From positions 1-46,780 of IMG/VR virus record IMGVR_UViG_3300022173_000087: 46,780 nucleotides of DNA. The stretch is one strand, 5' to 3'. Under the pieces are notes generated by a model, which did not search any database, was not told the origin of the DNA, and worked only from the letters and a program-made list of their open reading frames with translations. This DNA comes from a virus (Duplodnaviria > Caudoviricetes). The position numbers were made by a program, and so were the translations under genes. Shown in pieces: positions 27,055 to 35,580 of this stretch; the first letter of the stretch is position 1; every line of letters starts with the position of its first letter.

Positions 27055-27390
27055 CTAACGCTCCGTTTCATATCTCGCCGCTCGCGCGAGCGTTGGTGTC
27101 TCTTTTGGGCCGCCCAGCAGCGCGGCTCTCGCTCGCTTGCCCGGCATCGGTCGTCCATACGGCTGTGCGACCCAATCATCAGCATTGTTGAAATCTTCTG
27201 CGAACTCGCCGCATGGCGAGTCGGCCATGATGGCTATCGCGTGGTAGTTCTCAGGGTCTGCGTAGAACGACAGCGCGAGCCGTAGGCGTTGAATCTCGGC
27301 ATGGGCTTCGGCGCACGCTTTCGCCATCGGCCCGTGGTGTTGGCCGTAGCCGAACCGCTTTAGACGGTTGAGAAGGTTTGCCTCGGTCAT
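27055..27390 (-). CDS. Hypothetical protein
   Basis: RLRLALSFYAD...GKRARAAL phage motif. Confidence 0.6.
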   Translation of the reverse strand: MTEANLLNRLKRFGYGQHHGPMAKACAEAHAEIQRLRLALSFYADPENYHAIAIMADSPCGEFAEDFNNADDWVAQPYGRPMPGKRARAALLGGPKETPTLARAARYETER

Positions 27391-27494
27391 ATGCAGACCC
27401 CAAAAATAAGACAGGTCACGGCCAAGGCGGGGCCGATCATGAGAACAATGATGATTCCGATCAGGGCTCCGCGCGCGGCGTCGGGATCGATCAT
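27387..27494 (-). CDS. Small membrane peptide (35 aa)
   Basis: ATGA overlaps at both ends; one TM helix. Confidence 0.55.
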   Translation of the reverse strand: MIDPDAARGALIGIIIVLMIGPALAVTCLIFGVCI

Positions 27495-27688
27495 TGTGGC
27501 CACGTCAGCGCGTCGGCGCGCCCGGTAAACACCATCCACGCGGCCTTGAAGCGCCCGAACAACTGGATTTGGTTCCAGCCGTAGGCCCGCGCCGGTCCCC
27601 ACCACTTCCTGCCATCCGCCAACGTCCATTCGGCCATAGCCCGGTCGCAAGACAGATCGACCACGCTGATGATTTCAGGCTTTCTCAT
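27491..27688 (-). CDS. Conserved small phage protein
   Basis: GGAGG SD; WGPAR...RFKAAWMVFTGRADALTW. Confidence 0.65.
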   Translation of the reverse strand: MRKPEIISVVDLSCDRAMAEWTLADGRKWWGPARAYGWNQIQLFGRFKAAWMVFTGRADALTWPQ

Positions 27689-27717
27689 TTTGGTTCCTCC
27701 GCTCTTGAATGACGACA

Positions 27718-27800
27718 GGTGAGCCCCACGCCCAGCCCGCTCTCGCGATGGGGCCACTCTCACCTCTGCGGATGAGAGCCGTAAGATCGTGGGGCTCGCC
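27718..27800 (-). other. Intergenic multi-stem RNA structure
   Basis: Perfect IR GAGCCCCACG (27721-27730) / CGTGGGGCTC (27788-27797) enclosing two hairpins. Confidence 0.5.
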
Positions 27801-27805
27801 AATAG

Positions 27806-28117
27806 TCATTTCGTTTCCTCCGTTGTCGGCCCTACCTCACCGTTACGGATCGCATTGGCGATAAACCGCTTGGCGTAGTTCACGCCCTCATCCCATTCGG
27901 TATCCTGCGCTTGGATGAAGCCGGGGTTCTCCGCGATCTTGGCGCACCGCTCGCGTTCGCGCAGGACGGCAGCGGGCGTCGGCCCGGTCCAGCATTGATA
28001 GTGCTGTTCGCCGTTGTTCCCGAGGACGGTGGAATAGATGCCGTTGTATCCGGCTGGTGGCTTCAAATCGCCACCACAAACAACGCAGAGACGTGGGACG
28101 GCGGTCGTGTCATTCAT
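27806..28117 (-). CDS. Hypothetical protein
   Basis: CVVC...HYQC; ERERCAKIAE...IANAIR phage motif. Confidence 0.6.
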   Translation of the reverse strand: MNDTTAVPRLCVVCGGDLKPPAGYNGIYSTVLGNNGEQHYQCWTGPTPAAVLRERERCAKIAENPGFIQAQDTEWDEGVNYAKRFIANAIRNGEVGPTTEETK

Positions 28118-28148
28118 CGTTGCGGCTCTGTTGGCTGTACAGCGCGCA

Positions 28149-28355
28149 TCACTTTGCCTTGTTCCATATCGGGCAACCGTCATCGCCGTAACCGTGGAAC
28201 GTGTCGCCGTTGAACCAAGGGTCGCGCGCATTGGCTGCGTCGAAGTCGAAACGCACCCGACCGTCCGGCTCATAGGTTTTGCCGGTGTTGAAGTAGCGCC
28301 CGTTCTTGATGACGCCCCGGCCTTCGGCAACGGCCTTCCTCTCTGCGTCGGTCAT
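28149..28355 (-). CDS. Hypothetical protein
   Basis: ATGA coupling. Confidence 0.55.
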   Translation of the reverse strand: MTDAERKAVAEGRGVIKNGRYFNTGKTYEPDGRVRFDFDAANARDPWFNGDTFHGYGDDGCPIWNKAK

Positions 28356-28591
28356 TGGTTGTCCTTTCTCGCCTCTATGGCGTTCTCCATGCCGCTGAGA
28401 TAGATCGCCAGCAGCGCGTCTTGCAGCGGCTTCCCGCTGTTGATGCAGTCGGCAAATATCGCCAGCACTACCTTGGTCAGCGTCTCTCCTGTTTCGTGGT
28501 CCAGATGGACCGACGACATATCGCGTGGCGTTCGGCGGATGACATGGTTCCGCATCGAATGGTGCAGCGGATGAAGCGTCGGCGCGCTCAT
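28352..28591 (-). CDS. Hypothetical protein
   Basis: ATGA coupling. Confidence 0.55.
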   Translation of the reverse strand: MSAPTLHPLHHSMRNHVIRRTPRDMSSVHLDHETGETLTKVVLAIFADCINSGKPLQDALLAIYLSGMENAIEARKDNQ

Positions 28592-28908
28592 TGGCTGTTA
28601 CCCGTCGCCCTTGCGATGGCGTCTCCTGCGATCAGCCATGCCGTGCGAAACTTATTCTGCGTCTCGCTATCGACCTCGCGCCCGAACGCATCCGTTGCCG
28701 CGCGCAGCCCTTCCAGCGCATCCAGCATGTCCGGCGCTGCCGCGACCAGACGGGCGTTGGCATCGTCCTCGTCACCCATGCCGCTGCACCACGTCATTGT
28801 TGCCACGACGCGGCTGTTGCCGTGGATTTCACCGCCGGCGCCATGCGAGCGCCACGGCCCCGGAGTATGCAATGCGGGCGAGTTGGCTGGTCTTGAAGGC
28901 GTTCTCAT
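28588..28908 (-). CDS. Conserved phage protein (HTPGPW...ANARLxAAAPD family)
   Basis: Motifs present; ATGA coupling at 28908. Confidence 0.7.
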   Translation of the reverse strand: MRTPSRPANSPALHTPGPWRSHGAGGEIHGNSRVVATMTWCSGMGDEDDANARLVAAAPDMLDALEGLRAATDAFGREVDSETQNKFRTAWLIAGDAIARATGNSQ

Positions 28909-29192
28909 TGCTGTGGCTCCGGCAGGGGCTTCCATTCTGTGGGCTGCGTGCTTGGGTTCCCGTCCTCGTTGACGGTCCAGCAAATGCCGTCCGTCCAATC
29001 GTCTGGCGGCTCTTGATCTTCGACAAAGTGCCAGCCGCCGCAGTCGGCGCCGTCCGAGTTCAGCAGTCCATCTTGCCACGCGATGATGTTGTCGCTCCCG
29101 TGGCCGGGGATGCGCGCCTGAAACGCGGTGCCATCTTTCGGCGCCGTGTCGATCGGCTGCCATCCTGTAACGGGGCTTGAGGGTGTTCCCAT
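28905..29192 (-). CDS. DUF551-like protein
   Basis: WQPIDTAPKDGT...PTEWKPLPEP. Confidence 0.75.
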   Translation of the reverse strand: MGTPSSPVTGWQPIDTAPKDGTAFQARIPGHGSDNIIAWQDGLLNSDGADCGGWHFVEDQEPPDDWTDGICWTVNEDGNPSTQPTEWKPLPEPQQ

Positions 29193-29488
29193 TGCTGTTA
29201 CCGTTGTGGTTTCGGGTTGGGGTATTGGTCCGCATCGTGCGTCCACCATTCACCGTCGCGCTGGTGAAGTTCCTTTCCGCAATGGATGCAGTTCGTGATT
29301 CCGATTGCGTCCGGCGCTGCCTCGCATGTCCCGGAATTGTCGCAACAGGGGTTCTCGAAATCGGTCGCCGGTCGCCCACAGGTGCACCAATCCTCGGCAC
29401 AATCCGCCACGACCTTTTTAGCTTCGGCATTGTCGCCGTAATCGCAATCATGCTTATCCGGTTTGAACATGCGACCCCCAAAGGTTGA

Positions 29489-30538
29489 TCAGTCATGATG
29501 GCTGTCCATCGTCGGATGCTTCCAGGTTCCTTGGTAAATCCCGTCATAGGTCGGGCCTTCACCATTGGTTCCGATGCCGAGCAACGAGCGGAACGCATTG
29601 AAGGGGTAGAAGCGCCGGTTAAAGCGGAACGTGAACTCATTGAGGTAGGCTTGAAGGTGCTGCGGCTCGACGCGCCCGTGGTGCGTGCCTTGCAGCCAAG
29701 CCTTGAGGTTGCTGAAAACGAGGTGAACGATAGGCAGGTATTCTTCCGCGACCGCCGGGTTGCCCGCCTCAATGACCGGCAAATGCGCGTAGCCGCTCTT
29801 GCCAAGGTTGGCGTAGCCCGGCGCGGCGTCCGTGATCACCATCGCGCCCGGTTCAACGGCTTGTTCTACAAAGCCGACCAGCGCCTTAGCGGTGCGGTTG
29901 GGGACGATTTCCAGCCGCAGCCGACCGGCGTAGCGCCCGCCGCGCCGCATGGGCTTGTCACCCTTCTTGGCGGGGCGAGTCCGAACCTCAACGGCGGCGC
30001 ACACCAAAACCGTGTCATCCGGCTTGGGGCCGCGACCTTCGCCGCGCACCGAACCGCCGATGTAGGTTTCGTCAACCTCAACGTGATCGTTCCGGCTGAG
30101 GTTGCGGCCGATCCGGTCGCGGCCTTGCCGCACCATCCCCGCGCGCAGTTTATGCAGGATTTGGAAGGCGGTTTCGTACCGGCTGAGGCCAAGCTGGCGC
30201 TGGAACTGCACTGCCGACATTCCCGGCGTCATGCTGGATACGAGATAGGCGGCCCAAAACCACACCGTAAGCTGTGTATGAGTGCGCTGCATCACGGTCC
30301 CGACGGTCAGGGACGTTTGCTTGCGGCAGACGCGGCAGGCCAGCACGCCGGGGCGAGTGGCGAGACGCACGGGCTCGCCCTTTTCTTCGCAGTGCGGACA
30401 GACGAAGCCCTTGGGCCACTTTGCACCCTCAAGATACCGGGCGCAGGCTTCATCGGTCGCGAAAAGCCGCTGGAAGTCTCTCAGGGATTTGGGGAACGGC
30501 AGGTGTTCCCATTGGAGAACGTCGGCGAAGGGAGGCAT
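29489..30538 (-). CDS. IS1595-family DDE transposase
   Basis: CPHC/CRVC Zn ribbon; VEVDETYIGG; VITD; YLNEFTFRFNRR. Confidence 0.93.
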   Translation of the reverse strand: MPPFADVLQWEHLPFPKSLRDFQRLFATDEACARYLEGAKWPKGFVCPHCEEKGEPVRLATRPGVLACRVCRKQTSLTVGTVMQRTHTQLTVWFWAAYLVSSMTPGMSAVQFQRQLGLSRYETAFQILHKLRAGMVRQGRDRIGRNLSRNDHVEVDETYIGGSVRGEGRGPKPDDTVLVCAAVEVRTRPAKKGDKPMRRGGRYAGRLRLEIVPNRTAKALVGFVEQAVEPGAMVITDAAPGYANLGKSGYAHLPVIEAGNPAVAEEYLPIVHLVFSNLKAWLQGTHHGRVEPQHLQAYLNEFTFRFNRRFYPFNAFRSLLGIGTNGEGPTYDGIYQGTWKHPTMDSHHD

Positions 30539-30541
30539 GGC

Positions 30542-30832
30542 TTACCTGCCTTCCCCGACCAATCGAGTGGTCTCAGGCTGCTTCGCCATAAACTCGGCGC
30601 GCCGGACGAGATTGGCCGCGTCGTGCCGCAATGGCTCATCCGAGTAGTACCAGCGCCGGAAAAACCCGCGCCAGCCCGTTTGCTCAAGGGCGAAGCTGTG
30701 AAGCACGTAAAGGCACTCCATCAGCAAGGCCCTGTCGCTCATCTGGTAGGGTTGAGGATCAACCAGTGGCGGCGAACTCGGAACGTGCTCTTTAGGGCAC
30801 GAAAAGCCGTCAGATGTGCTCTTAAGCGTCAT
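30542..30832 (-). CDS. IS passenger, hypothetical protein
   Basis: Inside the IRs, packed against the transposase. Confidence 0.6.
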   Translation of the reverse strand: MTLKSTSDGFSCPKEHVPSSPPLVDPQPYQMSDRALLMECLYVLHSFALEQTGWRGFFRRWYYSDEPLRHDAANLVRRAEFMAKQPETTRLVGEGR

Positions 30833-30835
30833 GGC

Positions 30836-31264
30836 TTAGACCCTCACCTTGGCAATCGCGGCTTCCGCCCGCTCCATAGCCGTCTCGTACTTGGACTCCG
30901 CGCCGACGGGGGCCATGCCGCCGGACGCTTCAATCAGACCCTTGAGCGCCTCCAGCAGTTGAAGCCGCTCGAATGCCACTCGCGTCAAAATGACGAACAA
31001 CGTCTCGATATTGTGGTCACCGCGATACTTTTGGCTGATGGCCGCAAGTATCTCGCCTTCGTCGCGGTCAAACGATGCCGGCCTGTCATAATTCTCAATG
31101 AGATCGGCCTTAGCGGCTTCCGGCGTTGGGCCAAGGCCGCAAACGCTGCCGCTATCGTATGTGCCCCAACATGCCGCCCAGCGATATTCGAGCGGGGAGT
31201 GCATCTGCTCGAAAACAGAAATCCTCTCAATATCGCCTTCGGTCCGCTGCGCTCTTACAAGCAT
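30836..31264 (-). CDS. IS passenger, phage-like hypothetical protein
   Basis: GGAGGG SD; C-terminal QLLEALKGL...RAEAAIAK module. Confidence 0.65.
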   Translation of the reverse strand: MLVRAQRTEGDIERISVFEQMHSPLEYRWAACWGTYDSGSVCGLGPTPEAAKADLIENYDRPASFDRDEGEILAAISQKYRGDHNIETLFVILTRVAFERLQLLEALKGLIEASGGMAPVGAESKYETAMERAEAAIAKVRV

Positions 31265-31310
31265 CTAACCCTCCAAAGGAGCCGAGCGGGATTGCTCGGG
31301 TATGCCTATG

Positions 31311-31339
31311 GTTCTAGCACTAGTGTCTGCATGTGTCAA
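31311..31339 (-). promoter_or_regulatory. Sigma70-like promoter with its -35 box in the IS inverted repeat
   Basis: TTGACA-17 nt-TAGAAC on the minus strand. Confidence 0.6.
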
Positions 31340-31528
31340 CCGGATAAGCATGATCGCAATCTCCGCAGCGGGAGCAGGTGTGTACCGGAATGGAGCATCC
31401 GCAGTCGGGCGCGCATCCGGCGTTGCGCCCGCCGATATGCCGCATGTCGTGACCGCCCTCGCATCCGACATAAAGAAAATCGCGAGCGGTATCGCGTTCC
31501 TTGACCAGCGGATAGGGCGACGGGTCAG

Positions 31529-31900
31529 TCATGGCAGCACCTCTCGCGGTGTCCAGCAGTGGACGTAGCCCTGAAAATATCGCGTGCCATACGTCTCGAA
31601 GAACCATTCGACCATATCGTCGTAGCCCTCGAACCCGTCGCGCACTGCGAAGGCGTCCGCATCGCCAGCGTGCTTCGCGGCGTTGCCGAGCGTGAGATAT
31701 TCGGGACGGATGCTGACGTAATCGACTAGGACGCAGACCGGATCAGGCTCGACCAGCTTGCGACACGCCTTGGTGCGCTGGCCCGTGTAGAGTTGCAGCC
31801 GGTCGCCCGGTTTGGCTCGCGCCGTCTGTCGGATCGTCTGACACTTGACGCCAGACGCGACCAGCGGGGCGAACTGCGGGGCGAAGTTGAAGGCTACCAT
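31529..31900 (-). CDS. ASCH-domain-like protein
   Basis: F.PQF.PLVASGVKCQTIR...PGDRLQLYTG...FAVRDGF. Confidence 0.75.
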   Translation of the reverse strand: MVAFNFAPQFAPLVASGVKCQTIRQTARAKPGDRLQLYTGQRTKACRKLVEPDPVCVLVDYVSIRPEYLTLGNAAKHAGDADAFAVRDGFEGYDDMVEWFFETYGTRYFQGYVHCWTPREVLP

Positions 31901-31937
31901 TTGATACCTGTCCTACTGAGCGCGCCCTTCGTCCTCG

Positions 31938-32255
31938 TTAGAGGTTCGCTTCGATGTGATCCGCGATCTTTTTGAAGGTGTGGTGCTCGTACATCGTCCT
32001 TGATTTTGGTTCCCACGAGCCATCGTTCATGGCTGCCAGTTTGGAGCGATCACGATTGCTCAGCCCCGCGTTGTACCCGCGAGGCAGTGTGCTGGTGACC
32101 GCGCCAGTGATGGCGTCAGCCGGGCATCCTTGAATAAGGGCGAGAACACCAAGGCAGCAGAACCGCCCCTCAAGATCGCACAGTTGGGCATCGCCCTGTT
32201 TGTACTTGCCGCTCCGAAGCGCATTGAGCCACTTGGCCTTCAACTTCTTGTCCAT
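31938..32255 (-). CDS. Conserved phage hypothetical protein
   Basis: KWLNALRSGKYKQG...FCCLGVL...MND...F..IAD.IE. Confidence 0.7.
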   Translation of the reverse strand: MDKKLKAKWLNALRSGKYKQGDAQLCDLEGRFCCLGVLALIQGCPADAITGAVTSTLPRGYNAGLSNRDRSKLAAMNDGSWEPKSRTMYEHHTFKKIADHIEANL

Positions 32256-32304
32256 CTGATATCTCTCCGATTGGGCGTCTTGTGCTTGATAACGATGGAA
32301 CGGC

Positions 32305-32565
32305 TTACGCGGCCTGCGGGCTCAGGTCGGCCAGCGTGGCGCTCTCAAGTTCGCTGCGGTATCGGCACCACGCGGCCTTGAAGGCGTCGGCTTCGTCGCC
32401 GTCGATCCAGATGTTGTTCGCCCAGCTTCCTGCCTCGTGGTCCCAGCGGGTGTGCCGGGTGATGACGATCAGTCCGGGGGCTTTGTGCAATTCGATGTGC
32501 TGCACGTCAGCCAGGGGGACGAGGACGCCCTTGCCGTTGAAGATGCTCTCCGAAACCAAGCCCAT
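32305..32565 (-). CDS. Hypothetical protein
   Basis: AGGAG SD before MGLVSES. Confidence 0.6.
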   Translation of the reverse strand: MGLVSESIFNGKGVLVPLADVQHIELHKAPGLIVITRHTRWDHEAGSWANNIWIDGDEADAFKAAWCRYRSELESATLADLSPQAA

Positions 32566-32601
32566 CTGAGTTCTCCTGCTAATGATAAACAAGCGACCGC
32601 G

Positions 32602-32985
32602 TTATCTGAACGCGGCGGTCTTGCTGTTCGGGTTCTTGCCGATCAAAGCGTTGTCGCGCCGATCAATCGCCCCCGATCCGACAGCGCGCCGTCCTGGCGA
32701 GCCGCTATCATCCGTGCCCTCGAAGAACGCACCCTCGACCGCCGGATGCATGAACTCGATCATCGCGAAGTTCGCTGCGTCGATCAGGTATTCGGTGTTC
32801 TTGGTTTCCGCGTATTTGCGGAGCCGATCCGTCAGAGACGCTACGGCGCTGACCTTGTGCGGGTAGGCGTCAGCCAGTGGGCCGTACTTGTAGAAGCTGA
32901 CCACCATCCGGGAACGCATCCCCTCCACGAACTGCTCCGAAAACTCAGTCTCCAAAATCTTCTTGAGGTCATCGTTCTTTGGCAT
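32602..32985 (-). CDS. All-alpha NTP-pyrophosphohydrolase-like phage protein
   Basis: AAGGAG SD; YKYG...NTEYLIDAANFAMIEF. Confidence 0.5.
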   Translation of the reverse strand: MPKNDDLKKILETEFSEQFVEGMRSRMVVSFYKYGPLADAYPHKVSAVASLTDRLRKYAETKNTEYLIDAANFAMIEFMHPAVEGAFFEGTDDSGSPGRRAVGSGAIDRRDNALIGKNPNSKTAAFR

Positions 32986-33047
32986 CTGTCTCTCCTTCGA
33001 TGTTTTCCCGCAAAGGCGGGCTTTAATGCGCTGTCGGGGAATGCGGC

Positions 33048-34034
33048 TCACGCCGCATCCTCCTGCTGTTTCAAACGATGCGCTGCGCGCTTCTCCATCA
33101 CGCCCGCGATCTTGTCGGTCGATCCGCGGGAGTAACGCTGGGTCATCGCAATGTCGGAATGTGTCGCCGCGTGGCGAACGTGTTCGAGCTCGGCGCCTGC
33201 GTCCGTCGCTTCGCTGATCGCACCAGCGCGGCTGTCCATGTTGAAGGTCGTCAACGGAACGCCGGCCGCGCACGCCACAAGCCGCCATTGACGGCGGAAG
33301 GCATAGTTCCAATAGGGCAGGCCGGTGGCGTCCGCGACGATCAGCGGGCCTGGCTTCGGTGCAACGCCGCTTTCAAGAATGCGGGTCAGTTCGACCATCA
33401 CCAGCGGGGCAAGTTTCAGATCCACAACGATCTCTTTGCCGCGCTTCGACGTGACGTGCGTGAGGATCAAGTCGCTGTTGATCTCAGACCAGACAATTCC
33501 GCGAAGCCATTTGTAGCCCTCGTGCGAGACGATGGCTTGGCCGGACTCGCTCTCGGGCACCCATTCGCCAATCACGTCCTTCTGCCGCAGCATCAGGTCG
33601 AATTGCAGCGCCTGGGCAAAGCCGATCGAGTGCAGCCCCATCTTGTGGGCTTGGTCGATGACCGCCATGGCCTGCGGTGCCGTGATGCGCTCGGTGCGGG
33701 CCTTCGGCATCTTGAAGCGCATTTTGGACAGGACTCCGGACAGCCGGGCGCACTCGGCATCCTCAAGGATCGTGGTGCCGAACGTCGTCAGGGTCCGAAG
33801 CATCCCGACCAGGCTGTGAGCCATCGCGACGTGGTTGCCGGCGCCGACCCAGCCTTCATGCAGGCGCAGCAGCGTCCGGGCCTTGAGCTCGGCCACGTCC
33901 GTCGCCCCGCAATCCCGCTCAAGCCGGGACATAAGGGAGGTGTAGTTCTGGCGGGAGTGGAAGCGCAGCTTGTGAAAGCTCGAATCCGGGTCCGTCTTGT
34001 AGGCGTCGATCAATCGGGAAACAGGCAAACTCAT
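33048..34034 (-). CDS. Second tyrosine recombinase (divergent family)
   Basis: LQFDLMLRQKDV; TSKRG; NMDSRAGAISEA...ATHSDIAMTQRYSR. Confidence 0.8.
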   Translation of the reverse strand: MSLPVSRLIDAYKTDPDSSFHKLRFHSRQNYTSLMSRLERDCGATDVAELKARTLLRLHEGWVGAGNHVAMAHSLVGMLRTLTTFGTTILEDAECARLSGVLSKMRFKMPKARTERITAPQAMAVIDQAHKMGLHSIGFAQALQFDLMLRQKDVIGEWVPESESGQAIVSHEGYKWLRGIVWSEINSDLILTHVTSKRGKEIVVDLKLAPLVMVELTRILESGVAPKPGPLIVADATGLPYWNYAFRRQWRLVACAAGVPLTTFNMDSRAGAISEATDAGAELEHVRHAATHSDIAMTQRYSRGSTDKIAGVMEKRAAHRLKQQEDAA

Positions 34035-34111
34035 AGGTCGTCCTCGGGTACGGTTGAGCGCGCGCCGGTCTGCCTTCCGACGCGCAAATCCCCGATCAAG
34101 AACAGTGGAAA

Positions 34112-34284
34112 GGTGCGACAATGACCCGTGGTTTCCCAGCAATCCGCTGGGGCTCTTCGGCTGTCGCACTTGAACTAAGTTGTTGATTTTGCAGAAAGAG
34201 GGAAGGCCTACCTCTCCCACCATCACCGCAAAATTCGCCCGGTATTTCAACGGGTGCGACAATCCATGGTCTGCGGGTGCGACA
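34112..34284. other. Putative attP: tRNA-3'-like core, arm repeats and IHF site
   Basis: Core CCTACCTCTCCCACCA at 34207-34222; GTGCGACA repeats near 34112, 34162 (inverted), 34252 and 34275; TAAGTTGTTGATT (34176-34188) matches the IHF consensus. Confidence 0.75.
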
Positions 34285-34291
34285 TGGCGCA

Positions 34292-35380
34292 TCAGTGCAA
34301 CCCCTCCGCGGCCGGCTGGATCAGGTGCATGGCACCGCTGGTGATCTTCTTCTGGCTGGCGGCTTTGGTGTAGGTTTCGGCCTGCCGGCTGGTGGTCCAG
34401 TCGTAGATCGCCATAAGCTGGTGCGTCGTGGCGTTGTTCTCCACGGCGATCGTGGCTCCAGCCTTCCGCAGCCCGTGCGCGGTGCATTGCGTCAGGCCTG
34501 CCTCGTCGCACCGCTCCCGGAACCAGTTGCCGAACCCGTTGGCCGTGAACGGCTTGCCGAACGACGTCTCGAGGAACGTCCCGGTCCCGCACGGGCTGCG
34601 CTCTATGATGCTCCGCAGCACAGGGAGGAGGGGCTTTTCGGAAGGCGTCTTGCGCTTGTGCCGGGTCTTGCGGGGCACGAATTTCAGGACATCGCTTCGG
34701 ACCATTTCCGCTCCGAAGCGCACCACATCACCCTTGCGTGCGCCTGTGTAGAGCAGCAGCGCCAGCGCCAGCATGGCCTTGGTGCCCACCGGATGCCGGG
34801 CCTCGTAGCGGCGCACGTCCTCGACCGTCCAGGTGTAGAACCCGCTGCTGGCGTACTTCTTGGCCTTCACGTCGCGAACCGGATTCGCGGCCATGTGGTC
34901 GGCCTCGATGGCCCAGCCGAACATGGCGGACAGGTACTTGCGGCGGTTGTTCGCAGCCCCGTGCTTCTTCCCCTTGAGATCCCGTAGCCGCTTGATCTTC
35001 TTCGGCGTCAGGTGGGCCACCGGGCAATTCCCCATAGGGTCCGGGTCGGTGTCTGTGTGGGGTTCGATCAGGCAGGCCTCGATCACCTGGCGGCGGGTCC
35101 GCTGGGAAATCGGGTCTAGCCCGGTGAATTCAGGCGCGGCAAAATAGCGGTGGGCGAGTTCCCCGAACGATCCCCGGGGCCAGCGATGGGGCTCCGGCCG
35201 GCCGGGCGCCGTCGGCTTTTCAAGGCGCGCGATCGCGGATTGATAGGCCCGCAGGAAGGCTGGCGAGCCCAAGGATTCGCTAATCTTGATGCGGCGTCCG
35301 TGGCGCCGGACGTACAGCCGCGGCGTGCCGTGGCGGCTCTTTTCGGCGCTGAGATAGGGAAAATCGAGTTTCATGGTCAT
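34292..35380 (-). CDS. int: Phage integrase (tyrosine recombinase)
   Basis: LLYTGARKGDV; KT; HGLRKAGAT; W...Y (DWTTSRQAETYT). Confidence 0.92.
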   Translation of the reverse strand: MTMKLDFPYLSAEKSRHGTPRLYVRRHGRRIKISESLGSPAFLRAYQSAIARLEKPTAPGRPEPHRWPRGSFGELAHRYFAAPEFTGLDPISQRTRRQVIEACLIEPHTDTDPDPMGNCPVAHLTPKKIKRLRDLKGKKHGAANNRRKYLSAMFGWAIEADHMAANPVRDVKAKKYASSGFYTWTVEDVRRYEARHPVGTKAMLALALLLYTGARKGDVVRFGAEMVRSDVLKFVPRKTRHKRKTPSEKPLLPVLRSIIERSPCGTGTFLETSFGKPFTANGFGNWFRERCDEAGLTQCTAHGLRKAGATIAVENNATTHQLMAIYDWTTSRQAETYTKAASQKKITSGAMHLIQPAAEGLH

Positions 35381-35580
35381 TGCTCCCGGTCCTCCCATTT
35401 GGAGGTGGGCGCATACTGTGAGGGTGCGACACTCCCTGGAATTGGAACGGACGGGTTGTCCCCGTCGTCCACCAGCACCGTGCCGTCATTTCCAATGCCA
35501 ATTACCCGCAGCCCGGCCTTTTGGGCCGCAGCGATGCGCCTGGTCACGGACGCCTGGGTAAACGGCAGGGGCTTGCTCAC
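35377..35580 (-). CDS. Putative excisionase-like protein
   Basis: FTQASVTRRIAAAQKAGLRV; ATGA-coupled to int. Confidence 0.55.
   Translation of the reverse strand: MSKPLPFTQASVTRRIAAAQKAGLRVIGIGNDGTVLVDDGDNPSVPIPGSVAPSQYAPTSKWEDREQ

Larger units (their letters stand above)
29449..31352 (-). mobile_element. IS1595-family insertion sequence (ISSod11-like ends), 1904 bp, with two passenger genes
   Basis: Terminal IRs CATGCTTATCCGGTT...CATGC at both ends; 8-bp DR ATCGCAAT at 29441-29448 and 31353-31360. Confidence 0.92.
29198..31532 (-). pseudogene. Cys-rich phage protein (~140 aa) interrupted by the IS
   Basis: Removing the IS and one DR fuses ...HTCSRCGDCD (31353-31532) in frame to YGDNAEAK... 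(29198-29440). Confidence 0.85.

Noticed and set aside
27718-27800. Hammerhead ribozyme
   Set aside because: No CUGAUGA/GAAA core on either strand.
28909-29805. Long 5' extension of ORF 28588-29805 (likewise 9430-11625, 33048-34592, 44613-46505)
   Set aside because: Extensions overlap real upstream genes; coupled internal starts fit better.
29495-31504. 669-aa plus-strand ORF across the IS
   Set aside because: Antisense to the transposase and passengers, crosses the IS boundary, no recognisable domain.
34207-34222. tRNA gene
   Set aside because: Only a 3'-end-like 16-mer with no cloverleaf; treated as an att core.
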